Source of the DNA: Lytechinus pictus
Lineage: Eukaryota
NCBI RefSeq assembly: GCF_037042905.1
Contig: NC_087249.1
Coordinates: forward strand, 49,972,001-50,036,000
Length of the DNA: 64,000 nt
Direction: 5' to 3'
Positions 51,215-63,975 of this stretch are shown here, one piece after another (position 1 is the stretch's first letter; every line of letters starts with the position of its first letter). The notes under the pieces were generated by a model. That model was not told the DNA's origin. It saw only the letters and a program-made list of their open reading frames with translations, and ran no database searches. Position numbers and translations under genes: made by a program.

Positions 51215-52160
51215 TGCAAATCAATCAGAAAAGCTAGCCTTACAATTAATCACTCAGTGATAGGCAAATGGACTTGATCATACAGCTGATTTCTACAAGG
51301 ATTGCAAACTGTGATCAAAGCAATCAATCATACAAATTATCCTTATGATCAATAACTTACACAAAACTTTGTGCTACTTGGAAATTGATCAAACAGTTGA
51401 TTTGTTCCACTGAACAAGGCAATCAATGATACAAATTAACCTCACATTCATTCACTCACGTGTTACATGGAATTCATCACAGTAGATTTGTACAATTGAT
51501 TGCACATAGCGATAAATTCAATCAAATCATAAAAGTCAACAATACAATCAATCACTTGGCTTTGTGTAACATGGAATTGATGACATAGTTGCTTTATACA
51601 AATGATTGCATGCAGTAGTAAATGCAATCAATCATAAGTCAACTTTATGATCGATCACTTGGCTCTATGTAACATGGAATTGATCACATAGTTGCTTTAT
51701 ACAAATGATTGCATGCAGTGGTAAATGCAATCAATCATAAAAGTCAACATTATGATCAATCACTTGGCTTTGTGTAACATGGAATTGATCACATACATGT
51801 AGTTGCTTTTATTGCATGCAGTGGTAGATGCAATTAATCATAAAAGTCAACTTTATGATCAATCACTTGGTTTGTGTAACATGGAACTGATCACATAGTT
51901 GCTTCATGCAAATGAATGCAATTAATCATAAAAGCCAGCATTATGATCAACAGCATAGCTCTGTGTAACATGGTTGCCTTATACAATGGATTGCATGTAG
52001 TGATACATGTAAATGAAATGGATAAGAAAAATAGGCTTGCAATCAATTGCTTAGCTTTTTATTCGATGTAACTGATCATGCAACTGATTGCACAGTGATA
52101 AAATGCAATCACTCACAAAATATGGCCTTACAATCAATCACTTAGCCTTGTGTTACTTGG
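51215..52160. repeat. ~103-bp minisatellite, ~9 diverged units
   Basis: GTGTAACATGGAATTGATCACATAG anchors at ~51377, 51466, 51570, 51673, 51778, 51880 and 51969. Confidence 0.9.
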
Positions 52161-52191
52161 TCTAGGTGTTCCAACATAAACATTGTTTTAC

Positions 52192-52282
52192 CTCCATGAG
52201 CTGCCCTTCTTCCTCCGTCTCTGCAGTAATGTTCAGGTTTTCAAGATGAACAGACATGGCTGTACTCAACGCAGACATCCCA
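52192..52282 (-). CDS. TTC6: TTC6-like exon
   Basis: GMSALSTAMSVHLENLNITAETEEEGQLME; AG/GT; phase fits. Confidence 0.8.
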
Positions 52283-53192
52283 CTGTACATAGAACAATAC
52301 AAAATTATATTAATAATAGACCAGTTCGGAGTTACCTCATGGGCAAGTTTGTACAATTGACCTTGAATTGCTTCCATTAGGATAGGCAAATTTCAAAGAT
52401 ATTACGCAAGCTAGCCTGACATAGCAGGATGCACAAAAAATGGCATAGACCGAGAGACTAGAATAGCACATCAATGAACACTTTATAAAAGTATTTGTTG
52501 CATTTCAACTTTGAATGTTGCTGTTACAATGTACTTTACCAACTGTTAAATACCACTGTTATTGAACGCATTGTTGCTTTCGAATGGAAACACATTTAAA
52601 AGGAATACCGGGTATATGAATAATCAAGACATCAGAGTTGGTGCTTATCTCATCAAATATTAAAACACCATTAAGAGTTCAAATAACCTTCTTCTGATCA
52701 TGTGCAGAATGGAACTCCGAACTTGCTTATAACAATAATATGGGACATTAATATGTAAAACTTTATACAATGTTTCTAGGCACTACACACTACATGTATC
52801 ATTCCGGCTTTAGCACGAAACTACCCTGATCAGTCACTTGGAACAATCAAGGAATTTCTTCCTACCAATTACCGATTTACTACAAGAATATTTGCCAGGC
52901 CTAGTAAATTTAATCTACATACAAACAAAATTGAGAAAACCAATTAAATTCAATAGAGGAAGAAAAGAAAAGATCTTAAATTCTTTACTTTTACAATCCC
53001 TCTTTCCATGGCACGATCATGATACATAATACACACAAAAAAATAAAAATACAGAAGAAAATGAAAAGAAAAAAGAGAAATAGAGAATACAGTGTAGGCC
53101 TAACGAAAATAAGAATAATGAACACGATCTACATGTAAGACTTTGCTAAATAAAATTCAGTATCAATTGACATGTTTCAAACAGTGGCTTAC

Positions 53193-53342
53193 CCTTTTGC
53201 GAGTGTTGCCGCACTGGTGACGGACTGTTGAGCGCCCTCTATCTGACTCCCCGCCTCACTGCCTTCTTCGCTCGGTGGGTAGACCTCATCAAACCATTCG
53301 TCCCAGAGGTCTCGTACCCACTCACGGACATTGATTGGTTTC
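53193..53342 (-). CDS. TTC6: TTC6-like exon
   Basis: KPINVREWVRDLWDEWFDEVYPPSEEGS...; AG/GT. Confidence 0.88.
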
Positions 53343-54845
53343 CTGTCATTATTAACAAAATGAAGTTATTGTGAAAGAGTCACCAGTCTACTGACTGCAA
53401 TTTATTCAGTCATTGCTAGTGACAATTTACTTTATGAAACACTCTCCTATACAGAACTTGAAATCAACTTTAAAATCTATGGATGTTTCTTCCCCCTAAG
53501 AATGAGGTATTCCTTTATCCTGTTGGTAACAAAGAATCTACAATACCAGGAATCTTGTTTGCATACATTACTTGTTGCTATGTCTTTCAAGCCTCTAAGC
53601 ATTCTCATTGTAAAAAAACAACTTTTATTCGAAAAGTATGCATAAAATTTGAATATGTTAGTAAACTGGTCTATTGTCAGGCAAGCCTCTAAAAAGCTTT
53701 CTGGTTGCCAAGAGCAGCTTTTGATATTAGAAATCAAAACAAACTTGTTAAAAGGTCTACTAGCATTTGATAAATCCTGATTCACAACAGCTGAATCCAG
53801 ACAATTATTTCAATAGCTCTTTATCCTTATCATCTAAGCTTATTCTTGCCAGCGCCAGGGTTGGAGGGGGATGGTGCATTATGCCCCCCACCCAAGATCT
53901 CTGCTGTGAATCACATAATGGCAATGGAAATTTGCAGAAGATAAAATAGCAAATTTTCCCAAAATTTGTATTTTATTCTATACAAATTATGCTAATTTAT
54001 GCATAATAATGGCATTTGGCTTCATTAAGCCCTCTTTGTGGGATTCTAATCAAATACACATAAAAACTGGTATCAAAATGAATTCTTATGTATTCATTTG
54101 TTGTTGAAAATTTTCTTATGCATTTCTTTGTTTTTACCATTATTTTGTATGGAAATTGCAATAAAAATTAATTGCTTTAAATCAGTAAAAGTAAAAACAA
54201 TGATAGTTGTTAATCTGGTTAGGAAAAGAATTTAAATCAATTGGATTTGTATATAAAATAACTTTTTGGACTGACAGGCACTTACAAAATGCGGCATAAT
54301 TTCATGATCATGTACCTTGGCATCGCAACTTTGGTCTCAAAAGTTGCGTGGGATAAGAAAGAAAATGATCATGATACAATATAGCGTGAACCTCTCATGT
54401 TATGGATTTATCACAAAAAATATTGAGGGGGCCATTATGCCCCCCCCCCCCTCCCCAGTATTATGGGCATAAACATGAGCTACTCTGCACTTATAATAGC
54501 TTCACATGGAAAATCATGACCTGATCAGCAATTAACACGAAGTTTGGCTTTAATCCATTGGTCACAAATATGACATTCGGTTTCACCAAACTTTATCATG
54601 GGTGATTATTGTTTGGTTTTGTTTGAACCCACTAGCCCAAGGCCAAGGATAACTTGGGAGGGATGTATGGATGTGTATCATACTAAAGTCAAATGATGGT
54701 CAAAGTTTATTCGAAATGAATTTGACATTGACAATTATGGCTGCCCTTACATATTTGGACCTATACTTTGAATTTTGCAACGCTGTGCAAATACAACCAA
54801 TAAAGTCAACAGTGAGAGGGAGACATGAAAGCAGAGAGAACTGAC

Positions 54846-54923
54846 CTTACAAAGTTTGACCTCAGGAACCCTTCAAAGTCCATGACATCTGGTACACTTT
54901 TCCTGCGTGGATGGCGAACTCTC
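54846..54923 (-). CDS. TTC6: TTC6-like exon
   Basis: RVRHPRRKSVPDVMDFEGFLRSNFV; in-phase donor is AAG|gtcagt. Confidence 0.78.
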
Positions 54924-55429
54924 CTAGAAGAAGGTGGATTATAAAAAAGGTATATTTACATGTGTCTAGTGGACTCCATATTTTATTTATCATGCCAATT
55001 CCTTTGCACTTGTGCTACATGTAGCTACCAACCTTTAGGTCTCGTCTCAAGATGCACCTTCGTCTGATTGCCTTTAATGAGTCATTATATTCATTTTTTG
55101 CAGTTATAATAATTAATATTCATTTTGGTAGGGGTTTTTTTTGGTCTCATCAGCTCATTAGGCAACTGCATTGTAGATACATGTACATGTATTTGCACTC
55201 TATAAAGTTTAGGACCGAGTATGATGTATAATAACAAATCATATTGGTAGTCTCATTTGAATATTCTACCTTCCCTTATACCAGGGAAGAGAGAGAGGGA
55301 GAGAGGAAATGTAAAGAGATAAATATATATATAGAGAAAGTAATAGACCAGCTTTACCAACAAAACTGATACCAAATCAACTGATGATGTTCCTTCATTG
55401 GAAACAATGTAATAGCTTGGGTTGGTCTG

Positions 55430-55700
55430 GGCCTCGTCTTACAGGGAGTTACAATTGATCCAATCAATTGTAACTCTATGGAAATCCATCAGTGTCATAA
55501 TTTTTTCTGCAGGTAATTTACACAATGTCCTTGGTAAACAAAGAGAAGCACAGTGAATTTTCAAGAAAACATTGAATGCATGATTATACATCATAGTTAG
55601 AAAATATTTTAGAACAAACATGCATAACAGATGTTGACGTTGCAGGCTTTCCATAGTTGGAATTGATCGGATCAATCGCAACTCTTTATAAGACAGGGCC
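55430..55700. mobile_element. Harbinger-like ~270-bp MITE, copy 4 (inverted)
   Basis: Reverse-complement homology to 46006-46276; CTG/CTA flanks. Confidence 0.82.
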
Positions 55701-56298
55701 CTAAAGTCAATTTAACTGGTGTGACTGTGACATGAAACTAAGAGACAAAGACAAAGAGAATAAATGATCCTGTCTCATATTAAGTGAGAAAGAAAGAATA
55801 AAAGAAAGAAAAGGAGAAACAGAACACAAGAGGGATTAAAAAAAGTTGAAAGGGGAAGGGAATATCAGATGAAAGGGGCAAAACGACAACAGTGTTTCTC
55901 AGCAAATCAAAATCAAGGAAAGTTGTCAGATCTGACAATTTGTCGGACAAAAATATTGATGAAACGCTCCCCTGATAAATCAAAGAAGACGTTTTGTCCC
56001 AAACAAAGTTAGGTAGAAAGAGAAATCGAACAAACATGGGAGTTACAAAGCTTTGGGAAGAAGGGACAGGAAAGATTAGATGAAAGGGGTTAAGTAACAG
56101 TTCACTGTAATTTACAAATATCTGTTGAATCAAAGAAGGTATTCTGTCTCACACAAAGTGAGGTAGAAAGAGAGCAAACATGAAACTATAAAGGCTGGAA
56201 ATGAAAGGGGAAGAAAAGATTGGATGAAAGGGGTAAAATGACAGTGAAATGTATTATGTCACTTAATAATTTACCTGAGAAATAAAATGTAAACTCAC

Positions 56299-56355
56299 TT
56301 TGAAACTCTGACAAGTGTATCAACTGGCATTGTTATCTTTGGCAAACTCAAGGAC
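56299..56355 (-). CDS. TTC6: TTC6-like exon
   Basis: SLSLPKITMPVDTLVRVS; tgcag/gtgagt; phase fits. Confidence 0.78.
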
Positions 56356-57834
56356 CTGCAAAAAAATGTATGAAAGTAAGACCCACATTACTATACTTTA
56401 TTTTAAGCTGCTCTTACAAAGTAACATAAGCTTGATTTCATAATTCTCAACACACAGTTTTCAAGTATGAATGAATATACATAATGCCTATATTGAATCA
56501 AATGAATTTGAAATCAGAACAGCAAACATATTTTCTACTATGTTACATAAAACTTTGAATAATGAGCTCTTTATAATATGTGGTTTTTTTTCTTTGTGTA
56601 ATTGGTAAAATAATGGTCACTGCATGTTATATGTTTATTTTCTTTGTTATGTGTTTTTTATTGTAAACTCAAATTGTTAGTCTTTGGACTTTTTGATGAG
56701 TATTTTTTAATGAAACCGAATTGAATTTGAATTTGAATAAATGCTGATGATATCCGATTGTATTTAGTATCGATAGCTTTGTACATATATTATACAACAC
56801 AGAACAAGCTATCAAACATTACAAAGAGAAGTATTTCACACCTATTTTCACAAAATAAATCACAGGCCCTGGGTAAAGAAGGAAAACAAAAGCCCTCAGT
56901 AATATTGCAAATAGACTGTAGATTACATGTACCAGATAGTACTTAATTTAAGTAGAATGAAACCCAGGGGAAATGTCTATTTGAATGAAAAGAGAAAATA
57001 GAGAGAAGATATTTTTTAAGAAAAAAAAAAAATCAAAATTAAAAACATACGTTTTTTATGAAAGTTTGAAAATATGATTGACTTTCTCCAATGAACCTAT
57101 AATTAGCAGTTGCTTCAAAATGGAAGGTTCGGATGTGGAACTCTCAGTATTTTTTGTACAAATTTGATTTAATTTTTCCCCATTATTTCTCAAGATGTCG
57201 CATGCCTTTTTATGAACTTAACATGTTTGTTGTGTCAGATACACTTTACCCAAACATATCTTGAGCTAAGGAGACAAGCTGCACCTTCAGAGATAACACT
57301 GGGAAAAATAAGAAGTTTTGTGTAAAAAAACCCACAATAAGTTGTACTTCTAAACCTGTCTCTTTAGAGCAACATTGCCAATTTGAGGATCACCATAAAA
57401 AGTACCCAGTTCCCAATACAAGCAGTTGGACCACTTATGATATCTAATCTGAGTGTAATAACACATGGAGTAAACCCCTTTGGGCTACTCTCAATATGGT
57501 CTAATTGCTGTGCTTGGTCTTCAACCAACTAGGTCCAATACACAATTAGTCTAATTCTTATTTATTCTAACATCCAGTTAGTCTAATTTGAACTTATTTA
57601 CTTTTGGTTACTTATTTACAAAAATTTGGTTCATAAGTACACTGTACATGCAGTTAATTTAACTATATTGCCCAACTGGAAATTAGACAAAATGGAAAAT
57701 GGGCTCAATGGCAAGACTACATGTAAATGGTTAGTAGAAGAACTGGTTGTTGATGGAGAAGGAATATAGCATGTGGGATTAGACCAAATGGAAAGTGGAC
57801 CAAGTGGGTGTAGACCAAAGGGCAATTTAATTAC

Positions 57835-57890
57835 CTTGGAATAACGTTGGGTTCTTGTCTCAGGAAGTTATCGATCTGTTTCAAGCGTCT
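57835..57890 (-). CDS. TTC6: TTC6-like exon
   Basis: RRLKQIDNFLRQEPNVIP; AG/GT; phase fits. Confidence 0.75.
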
Positions 57891-58181
57891 CTAAAACATA
57901 AAAGATAGAAGGGAACAAATAATCTTAAAAAGAGGGCAAATACATTACATGTTTGAACAGAATATATATTTCAATGTTTGTCCTATGATGTGATGAATAT
58001 TTGGGATGAAAATAAACAAGAAATGCCATTACTTATAACCATCTTTAAACACTCAATTTTCATTCAAACATTAAAGATTTAATCAAAAGCAAGTGTTGAA
58101 TGAATATAATGTAAACATATATTGAGTACAGAAAGAAACCTGGGGTTTTTTTAAGGATCATTTAGGAGAGAAAAAAAAGTT

Positions 58182-58577
58182 CAGGGTTCCCAGCTTTTCA
58201 AGAAAACAAAATTCCCTGATGAAGTTTTAAAATTCCCTGATAATTATTTAAACCCATTCCCAGTTTCACATGTACTCTAAGCTGTTGCAGTGAATTATTA
58301 CATGTATTTTCAGTATAAAAACAATGATGTAAAACTAATTAGTACCACCATAACCAGTCATTCAATGGATGTTGTTTTGATATGCAAAAAAATATAACAG
58401 AGTCTGATTGACTACCGTGCTTTCGACTTTTGGGCTGATCAAAATTCCCTTATTTTTCCCTCAATTGAGGCATTTTTCCCTGATTTTAGGTATTTTTTAT
58501 CAAATTCCCTGATTTTTCCCTGACCGGAAAAAAGTAAAACAATTTTCCCTGATTTCCCTGATGGACTGGGAACCCTG
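58182..58577. mobile_element. MITE with 5-bp TSD (hAT5-like)
   Basis: 12-bp TIR CAGGGTTCCCAG; TSD AAGTT; many subterminal TTCCCTGA repeats. Confidence 0.8.
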
Positions 58578-58687
58578 AAGTTAAATATAAAAGTTCAAAA
58601 GCACTTTCTCCTTTCATCTGTTTTTCATTTGATATTGAAAGAATTTCACAGTACATAACTTTATGTTTAAAATAGTGAAATACTTAC

Positions 58688-58715
58688 GGGATCCCAATGC
58701 TTTTTCTTCTTTTTC
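58688..58715 (-). CDS. TTC6: TTC6-like 28-nt microexon
   Basis: tacag|G KKKKKHWDP|gtaagt; bridges phase 2 to 0 between its neighbours. Confidence 0.7.
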
Positions 58716-58874
58716 CTGTACAGTAGAAAGATATGTCAAAATATAAGTATCCAAGGTGACATGTCCATAAGGATAGCAGATGACAGAATGCATCAATAGA
58801 AATCTTACCCAATACTAATGGTTACTAACACATTAGAATTGTATGCATACCAGTTGTGCAAATAAATTTCTTAA

Positions 58875-59252
58875 AGTGATTGGTTAACATTGGTTTGACT
58901 TTTAGAAAATCTGAGCTAGAAGGTCACACTTGTCACCTGTGTCTGTGATATGTTACAAAAATGAAGCCCAGAAAAAATTGCGTTCGAAAATAATTATTTA
59001 GTGCTTCAAAAATTGAAATATAAAGTGACCGAAAACACCATCTTAATTTCATCCCATACACTTATGTGTACTATTTAGGCGTCTATAAGACGCCTATTTA
59101 CAAAATTGGGGTTTGCCTTGTAGTTTTAGCTTTTCATTCTCAATAATGGTTGTTTTCAGGGTTTATTAGTTCTAATACATGCACTTGTACACATGTTTCA
59201 TCTTGGTTTGAGAATTTTTTAAATCGGCTGCTCACAAAGTTAAACAATACCT
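58875..59252. mobile_element. TTAA-flanked Kolobok-type MITE with imperfect TIR
   Basis: TTAA|AGTGATTGGTTAACATTG ... CAAAGTTAAACAATACCT|TTAA. Confidence 0.6.
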
Positions 59253-59327
59253 TTAACAACTGATGTGTTTACACTGAACTACAAAACATAACTTGATGTT
59301 CTCTTGAAAAATGTGAACGTCACTCAC

Positions 59328-59400
59328 CCCTTGCGAGTGGGGTAGATGACATATTTCATGCCGGCATCTCTGGCTAACTGTGCAACAGATGGTCCCTCGC
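59328..59400 (-). CDS. TTC6: TTC6-like exon
   Basis: EGPSVAQLARDAGMKYVIYPTRK; catcag/gtgagt. Confidence 0.8.
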
Positions 59401-59689
59401 CTGATGGAGATAATAGACAAAATAAAAAACACGGAAATAATTACAGAGCTATTGTGAAAATTAAAGGGGACAGAGTATATTAAAGTTATATGATCATTAC
59501 ATGTCTGAAAAGTTACAAGTTATCTGAATTAATCCTTGGCACATTACTGTCGCAATTTTACACAATCAAACAATTAAACAACAATCAAAATAATTAGTTT
59601 TGTCCTTTACCTTTACCCTGGAGAATCTAGTAAATGACTAAAGTTCTTGGGTAATATCTATACAATATGGTAAAATATGGAAATCACAG

Positions 59690-60521
59690 GGGCCCGTTGC
59701 AGAAAGAGTTGCAATCAATCGCAACTCTAAAAATCATGCACAACTTGATTTTCAACAGACGTACTCGCCCATTTGTATTTTTATTTAATCCTTCCTCATA
59801 TCGACTACTGTTCAACTGTTCGGGGATCATTAAAAGTGAAAGATTTGCAGCGACTACAGAAGTGTCAAAACAAATATTGTTGTTTGGTATTAGATGCAGA
59901 CTACTATACCCCAGTCCAGAATATGTTGCACTCTCTGAAGTTACAATCTGTTAAGAAAAGAGTGGATTATGATTACCAAATACTTATGTATAAAACTTTA
60001 AATGGTCTTACTCCTGGTTATTTATTGCAAACAATGCCTCTGAGACCTAATCACTATCCTACGAGATCAATCTCATCACAACAATTGTATCTCGCAAAAC
60101 CAAGAACCGAGTATAAAAAACAGTCAGTCTCCTATATAGCAGCAAAACTAGTTAACTCATTACCAGTACCCATTATGTGCTCTGCTTCACTTCCTATCTT
60201 TAAACGAAACGTCCGTAAATTCCAAGCAAGCTAATTAATTATTTCTACTGTTTCTGTCATAGTACGTATAGGCCTTACCCCCCTCCCCTCATTGTTATTT
60301 GCTTATTATGTATATATTATTTTTGTATTGTGTATAATTGTGTATGTTATAATTGTGATTGTATAATGTTCCAATTGTGATTGATAGCAGGGCTCCCTTG
60401 TAAAGCAGGCCTCTGGCTTGAATGGGACTACCCTGCTTTTTATAAAGAAAACATGAATAAATAAATAAATAAATAAACAGCGCACATTTGGGACTTCCGA
60501 TTGATTTTCTGCAACGGACCC
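59690..60521. mobile_element. Small Harbinger-like MITE split by a LINE
   Basis: CAG|GGGCCCGTTGCAGAAA ... TTTCTGCAACGGACCC|CTG. Confidence 0.78.
59760..60476 (+). mobile_element. 5'-truncated L2/CR1-clade LINE (ORF2 C-terminus + 3'UTR)
   Basis: ORF 59773-60234 reads LILPHIDYCSTV..LQRLQKCQN..MYKTLNGLTPGYL..KLVNSLP. 3' GCAGGG..CCCTGC hairpin and (TAAA)n tail. Confidence 0.88.
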
Positions 60522-60533
60522 CTGGATTCATAT

Positions 60534-62653
60534 TTTTTTTTGTATTATTTTTTTATTTCCCTCCTATAGGGCATACATTTGCATAAACATTTTAATAATG
60601 AAATAAATGACATAATACAATGCATATCATACACACATAGTATAATTTTGAACAAAGTAGGCCTACAGGGCGTTTCAAACAAAAGGAAACCATCCCTAGA
60701 GTGGCCATGCCCACCTGCTCACATGCAACAGCAAAAACAAATGAGCTCCGAAAACGGCCCCTCCAACAATAATTGATCACCTCTCATACGAAACACACTG
60801 TATATACATCATGAAAATATGTTTACATTAAACAAAAATACATATCAAGGTCCGGAAATCTTATTACAAAATGACAAGTATTCTTTCGAAATTTACCCAT
60901 TTTCTATCAAATTTATGTGTTTTGTTTTCCATAATACTAATTTGCCTCTCATTTTTGTAACATTTTCTTATTTATTGTTTAATTTTCTCAAAAGTAGGTA
61001 TGATCTTTTTCACACGAGCAGAGTATACTTGTTGTTTCGTCCAAATTATCAAACAATTTAAAGCATCGTTTCTTTTTTCTATGAAACCAAACAAAACATG
61101 TAAATATACAACAGAAAGTTTTATTCTAAAGCTTGTTAAATTGTATAACCAGTCTGTAAATCATTCCCAGATAAGATTTATCACATGACATTGATAGAAA
61201 AAATGTACAGTGCTTTCTTCTTCCCTTCCACAAAAAGAGCATTTTGCATCTACAGTTATTTTCATCTTTACAAGATCCTTATCCAAATATAATATCTTAT
61301 TTAGTAGTCGGTACTGAAAGTACCTCATTGTAGTATAAGTTGTACATCGAAACATCATTTTAAAATAATTGCTCATATCTCTGGTGTCCATTGAAATGCC
61401 ATTGACAAGGGATCTATTGCACAATTTAATCAAGTTATCATCATTTTCTTTTAACATGATATGATATACATGTCTACATCCTTTTTTGTCCTTCAGCAAA
61501 TTATGTGAGATATAAGCAGGGCATAATGGTTCATTAGATTTCTTATTGCACTATTCAAATGAGCTTTATACTTACATTTAATGATCTGACATAGGGCATA
61601 ATAACGAAGAAACTGAATTTTCATTGAAAATCTTTTTTCACTCTTCTCTTTCCAAAAGTTTTCCATTCTCATCTAATAAATCGTTAATAAATCTAATGCC
61701 TTTGTCCCACCATTCCTTTAAGAATATACCTTTTCCACCAATTTTTACATAAGAATTGTACCATAAAGGAATAGCCGGCCAAAAAAGAGAAGTACACTGA
61801 ACATTTCAAATAAAGGAGGAAACTATAATAAAGATTTCCTTCCAAAAACTGTTTTGGACCATGAGTGATAGTTTAGTGAAATATATATCCCCTTTACCCC
61901 ATTCTAATGTTACTAACGGTTTTAAAAATGCATACATTAAATGAGAAACTTCTTCACATGAATTTGACAGTATTCTTCTTATCCAAGACAGCTTCAAAGC
62001 TCTAGAAAAATGTCCAACATCAATCATTTTAAGTCCACCATTTTCATAGTTACAAACATCTGTTTCCTGCTTATTTTGTTGGGTTTCCCCGGCCTTCCAT
62101 ATAAATTTATAGAAAGACACATTTACTGATTTAAGAAGATGTTCAGACGGATTAGGAATAGACATAAATAAATGATTGAATTGTGAAACAAGCAATGATT
62201 TGACAAGGATTACACGACCAAATACAGAAATATTACGCTTTGACCAAGATATTTGTCTTTTTAGTTTATCAAATGCTCTATCATAATTGAAATCAGGGAG
62301 ATTTTCAGATCAATACAGAAGTCGATTCCTAAATATCTAATTAATTTCATGTTAATCAACATTATATCGGTCCCAGGCAAGTCAATCTGAATAGTTTTTT
62401 TCAGAGACCCAATACACAATGTTTGCGTTTTAGTTGTGTTAACCTTTAAACCAGAATATTTCGAGAACATGTCTATAAGGTCTAGTGCATTTTGCAAACT
62501 TTCCTTACTATCGAGGAACAAAATGGTGTCATCTGCATATTGCAATAGTTTGTATTCTTTTTTTTTATCAATAACTATGCCTTTAATTCATTGAGATTTT
62601 CTTACTAACATTCCTAAGATCTCTGCACACAGCAGAAACAAATAGGGAGAATT
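60534..62653 (-). mobile_element. 5'-truncated, frameshifted L1/Tx1-clade LINE
   Basis: SPYLFLLCAEIL, RT motif QYADDT, YENGGLKMID and zinc motif CSFCGREEESTVHFFYQC. A-rich tail at ~60534-60558. TSD CTGGATTCA (60522-60530, 62654-62662). Confidence 0.9.
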
Positions 62654-63050
62654 CTGGATTCAAATAAAATGTCTTTATCATCACCCATAATTTTTTTCAG
62701 CATTAAAAGAGATATTTAAAAAAAAGGTATGAACAGAAATTTAAGACAGAGAGTGCCCCCAAATAGAATTATCAAGAATATAAAAGTTTGTAAAACAAGA
62801 CTGGAGGAGAGAGAAATAGAGAGAAGAATGGGGAGGGGAGAAGCAAGAAAGGAGGAAAGATAAAGAGAAGGATGAGTGGGGAAAGAGAACGACAGACAGA
62901 GGGAGAGAAAATAAGAAGAAGGAGTAAGAATAAGAGAAATAGGGAGAAAGAGAAAGTTGGAAGAGAGAAAGAGCGAGTCTTGATGAATACTAAATATTGA
63001 GAGTTCTTTCAACTGTTTAACACTGAATTAATCCTTATCAAGATACTTAC

Positions 63051-63114
63051 TGAGTTTCTTTTCTTCTTCCTTCGGCTGTGTTGATGTTTGATCAGGTCCA
63101 GTAAACATCTCAAG
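63051..63114 (-). CDS. TTC6: TTC6-like exon
   Basis: LEMFTGPDQTSTQPKEEEKKL; ttacag/gtaagt; phase fits. Confidence 0.72.
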
Positions 63115-63521
63115 CTGTAAGATTTAAAATAAAACAACACTTAATGACCTAAATGTATCATTCACTCCATGAAAAACAAATAAACACATGCATGATTCCA
63201 GTATTGCCTAATGTTATACAATGAGTCTGATTGCAACAATGGTAGGTTTAGTTTCAATATGTTGTATACAGATTCAAAAGCGCATTGACATTTTACTTTT
63301 GAAATGCTTTCAACAGCAGGCAACTTGCATAAACACTTTCAAGAAGATCAATCTTTTCACTTCAGTGACCTTGAATTACAGTAAAAGTTACACTTTAACT
63401 GACTTTTGTATTACATGTATGACCAACAGGCAACCCAGGGACAAAATTATTGTCTTTTTTTCAGAGGCTACTTGTCATAACCTACATGTACTGTGTCAAT
63501 CTGCAACATTGGATAAATTAC

Positions 63522-63599
63522 AGTGAAAAAGGTATTTTCCAGGGCTCTTTTGAGCACTTCGGGGGCCAAATTGCCAAGAGCCCCCGTGTAATTATTTCC
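63522..63599 (-). CDS. TTC6: Probable TTC6-like exon (most 5' in window)
   Basis: gttcag|GNNYTGALGNLAPEVLKRALENTFFT|gtaatt; phase 0 matches the next exon. Confidence 0.6.
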
Positions 63600-63774
63600 C
63601 TGAACAGGCCATAAAAATGATAACAAAGATGGCAGAGTAATAAGACCAAATGGTTCTACTGCAAACTTCTTGTAGCTGAATGGACTTAGACAACATGAAA
63701 AAAGACACACAAGCATGGTTCAAATAAGGGAACATTTGATTCAATAATTCCAAGAGAAGTATTTTAAAACCCTG

Positions 63775-63975
63775 GCTTGAACACAGCTACTCTGACCGGG
63801 CACTTGAGCATTCAAGGGATTCCTCCCTTCCTGGTATCCATTTACTACACCTGGGTGGAGAGTATGACCAACAGGCCCAAGGACAATTTTTTTTTTCAGA
63901 GGCTACTTTGGACTTTGAACCAGGGACCTTGTGGTTCAAAGTCTGAAGACCTATCCATTGAGCCACAAAACCTCT
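63775..63975 (-). mobile_element. Decayed tRNA-derived Nin-core SINE
   Basis: Minus strand TGGCTCAATGG, GGTTCAAAGTCC, CCACCCAGGTGTAGTAAATGGATACC. Confidence 0.65.

Larger units (their letters stand above)
32679..63599 (-). other. TTC6: TTC6-like tetratricopeptide-repeat gene span (5'-incomplete, 29 coding exons, ~1213 aa visible)
   Basis: All exons have GT-AG boundaries, and phases chain without frameshift (3642 nt including stop). Serial TPR motifs. REWVRDLWDEWFDEV and LDFNRALALDP segments recall TTC6. Confidence 0.85.

Noticed and set aside
49305-52160. CRISPR-like arrays
   Set aside because: Eukaryotic context; the units are whole tandem repeats without unique spacers, and there are no cas genes.
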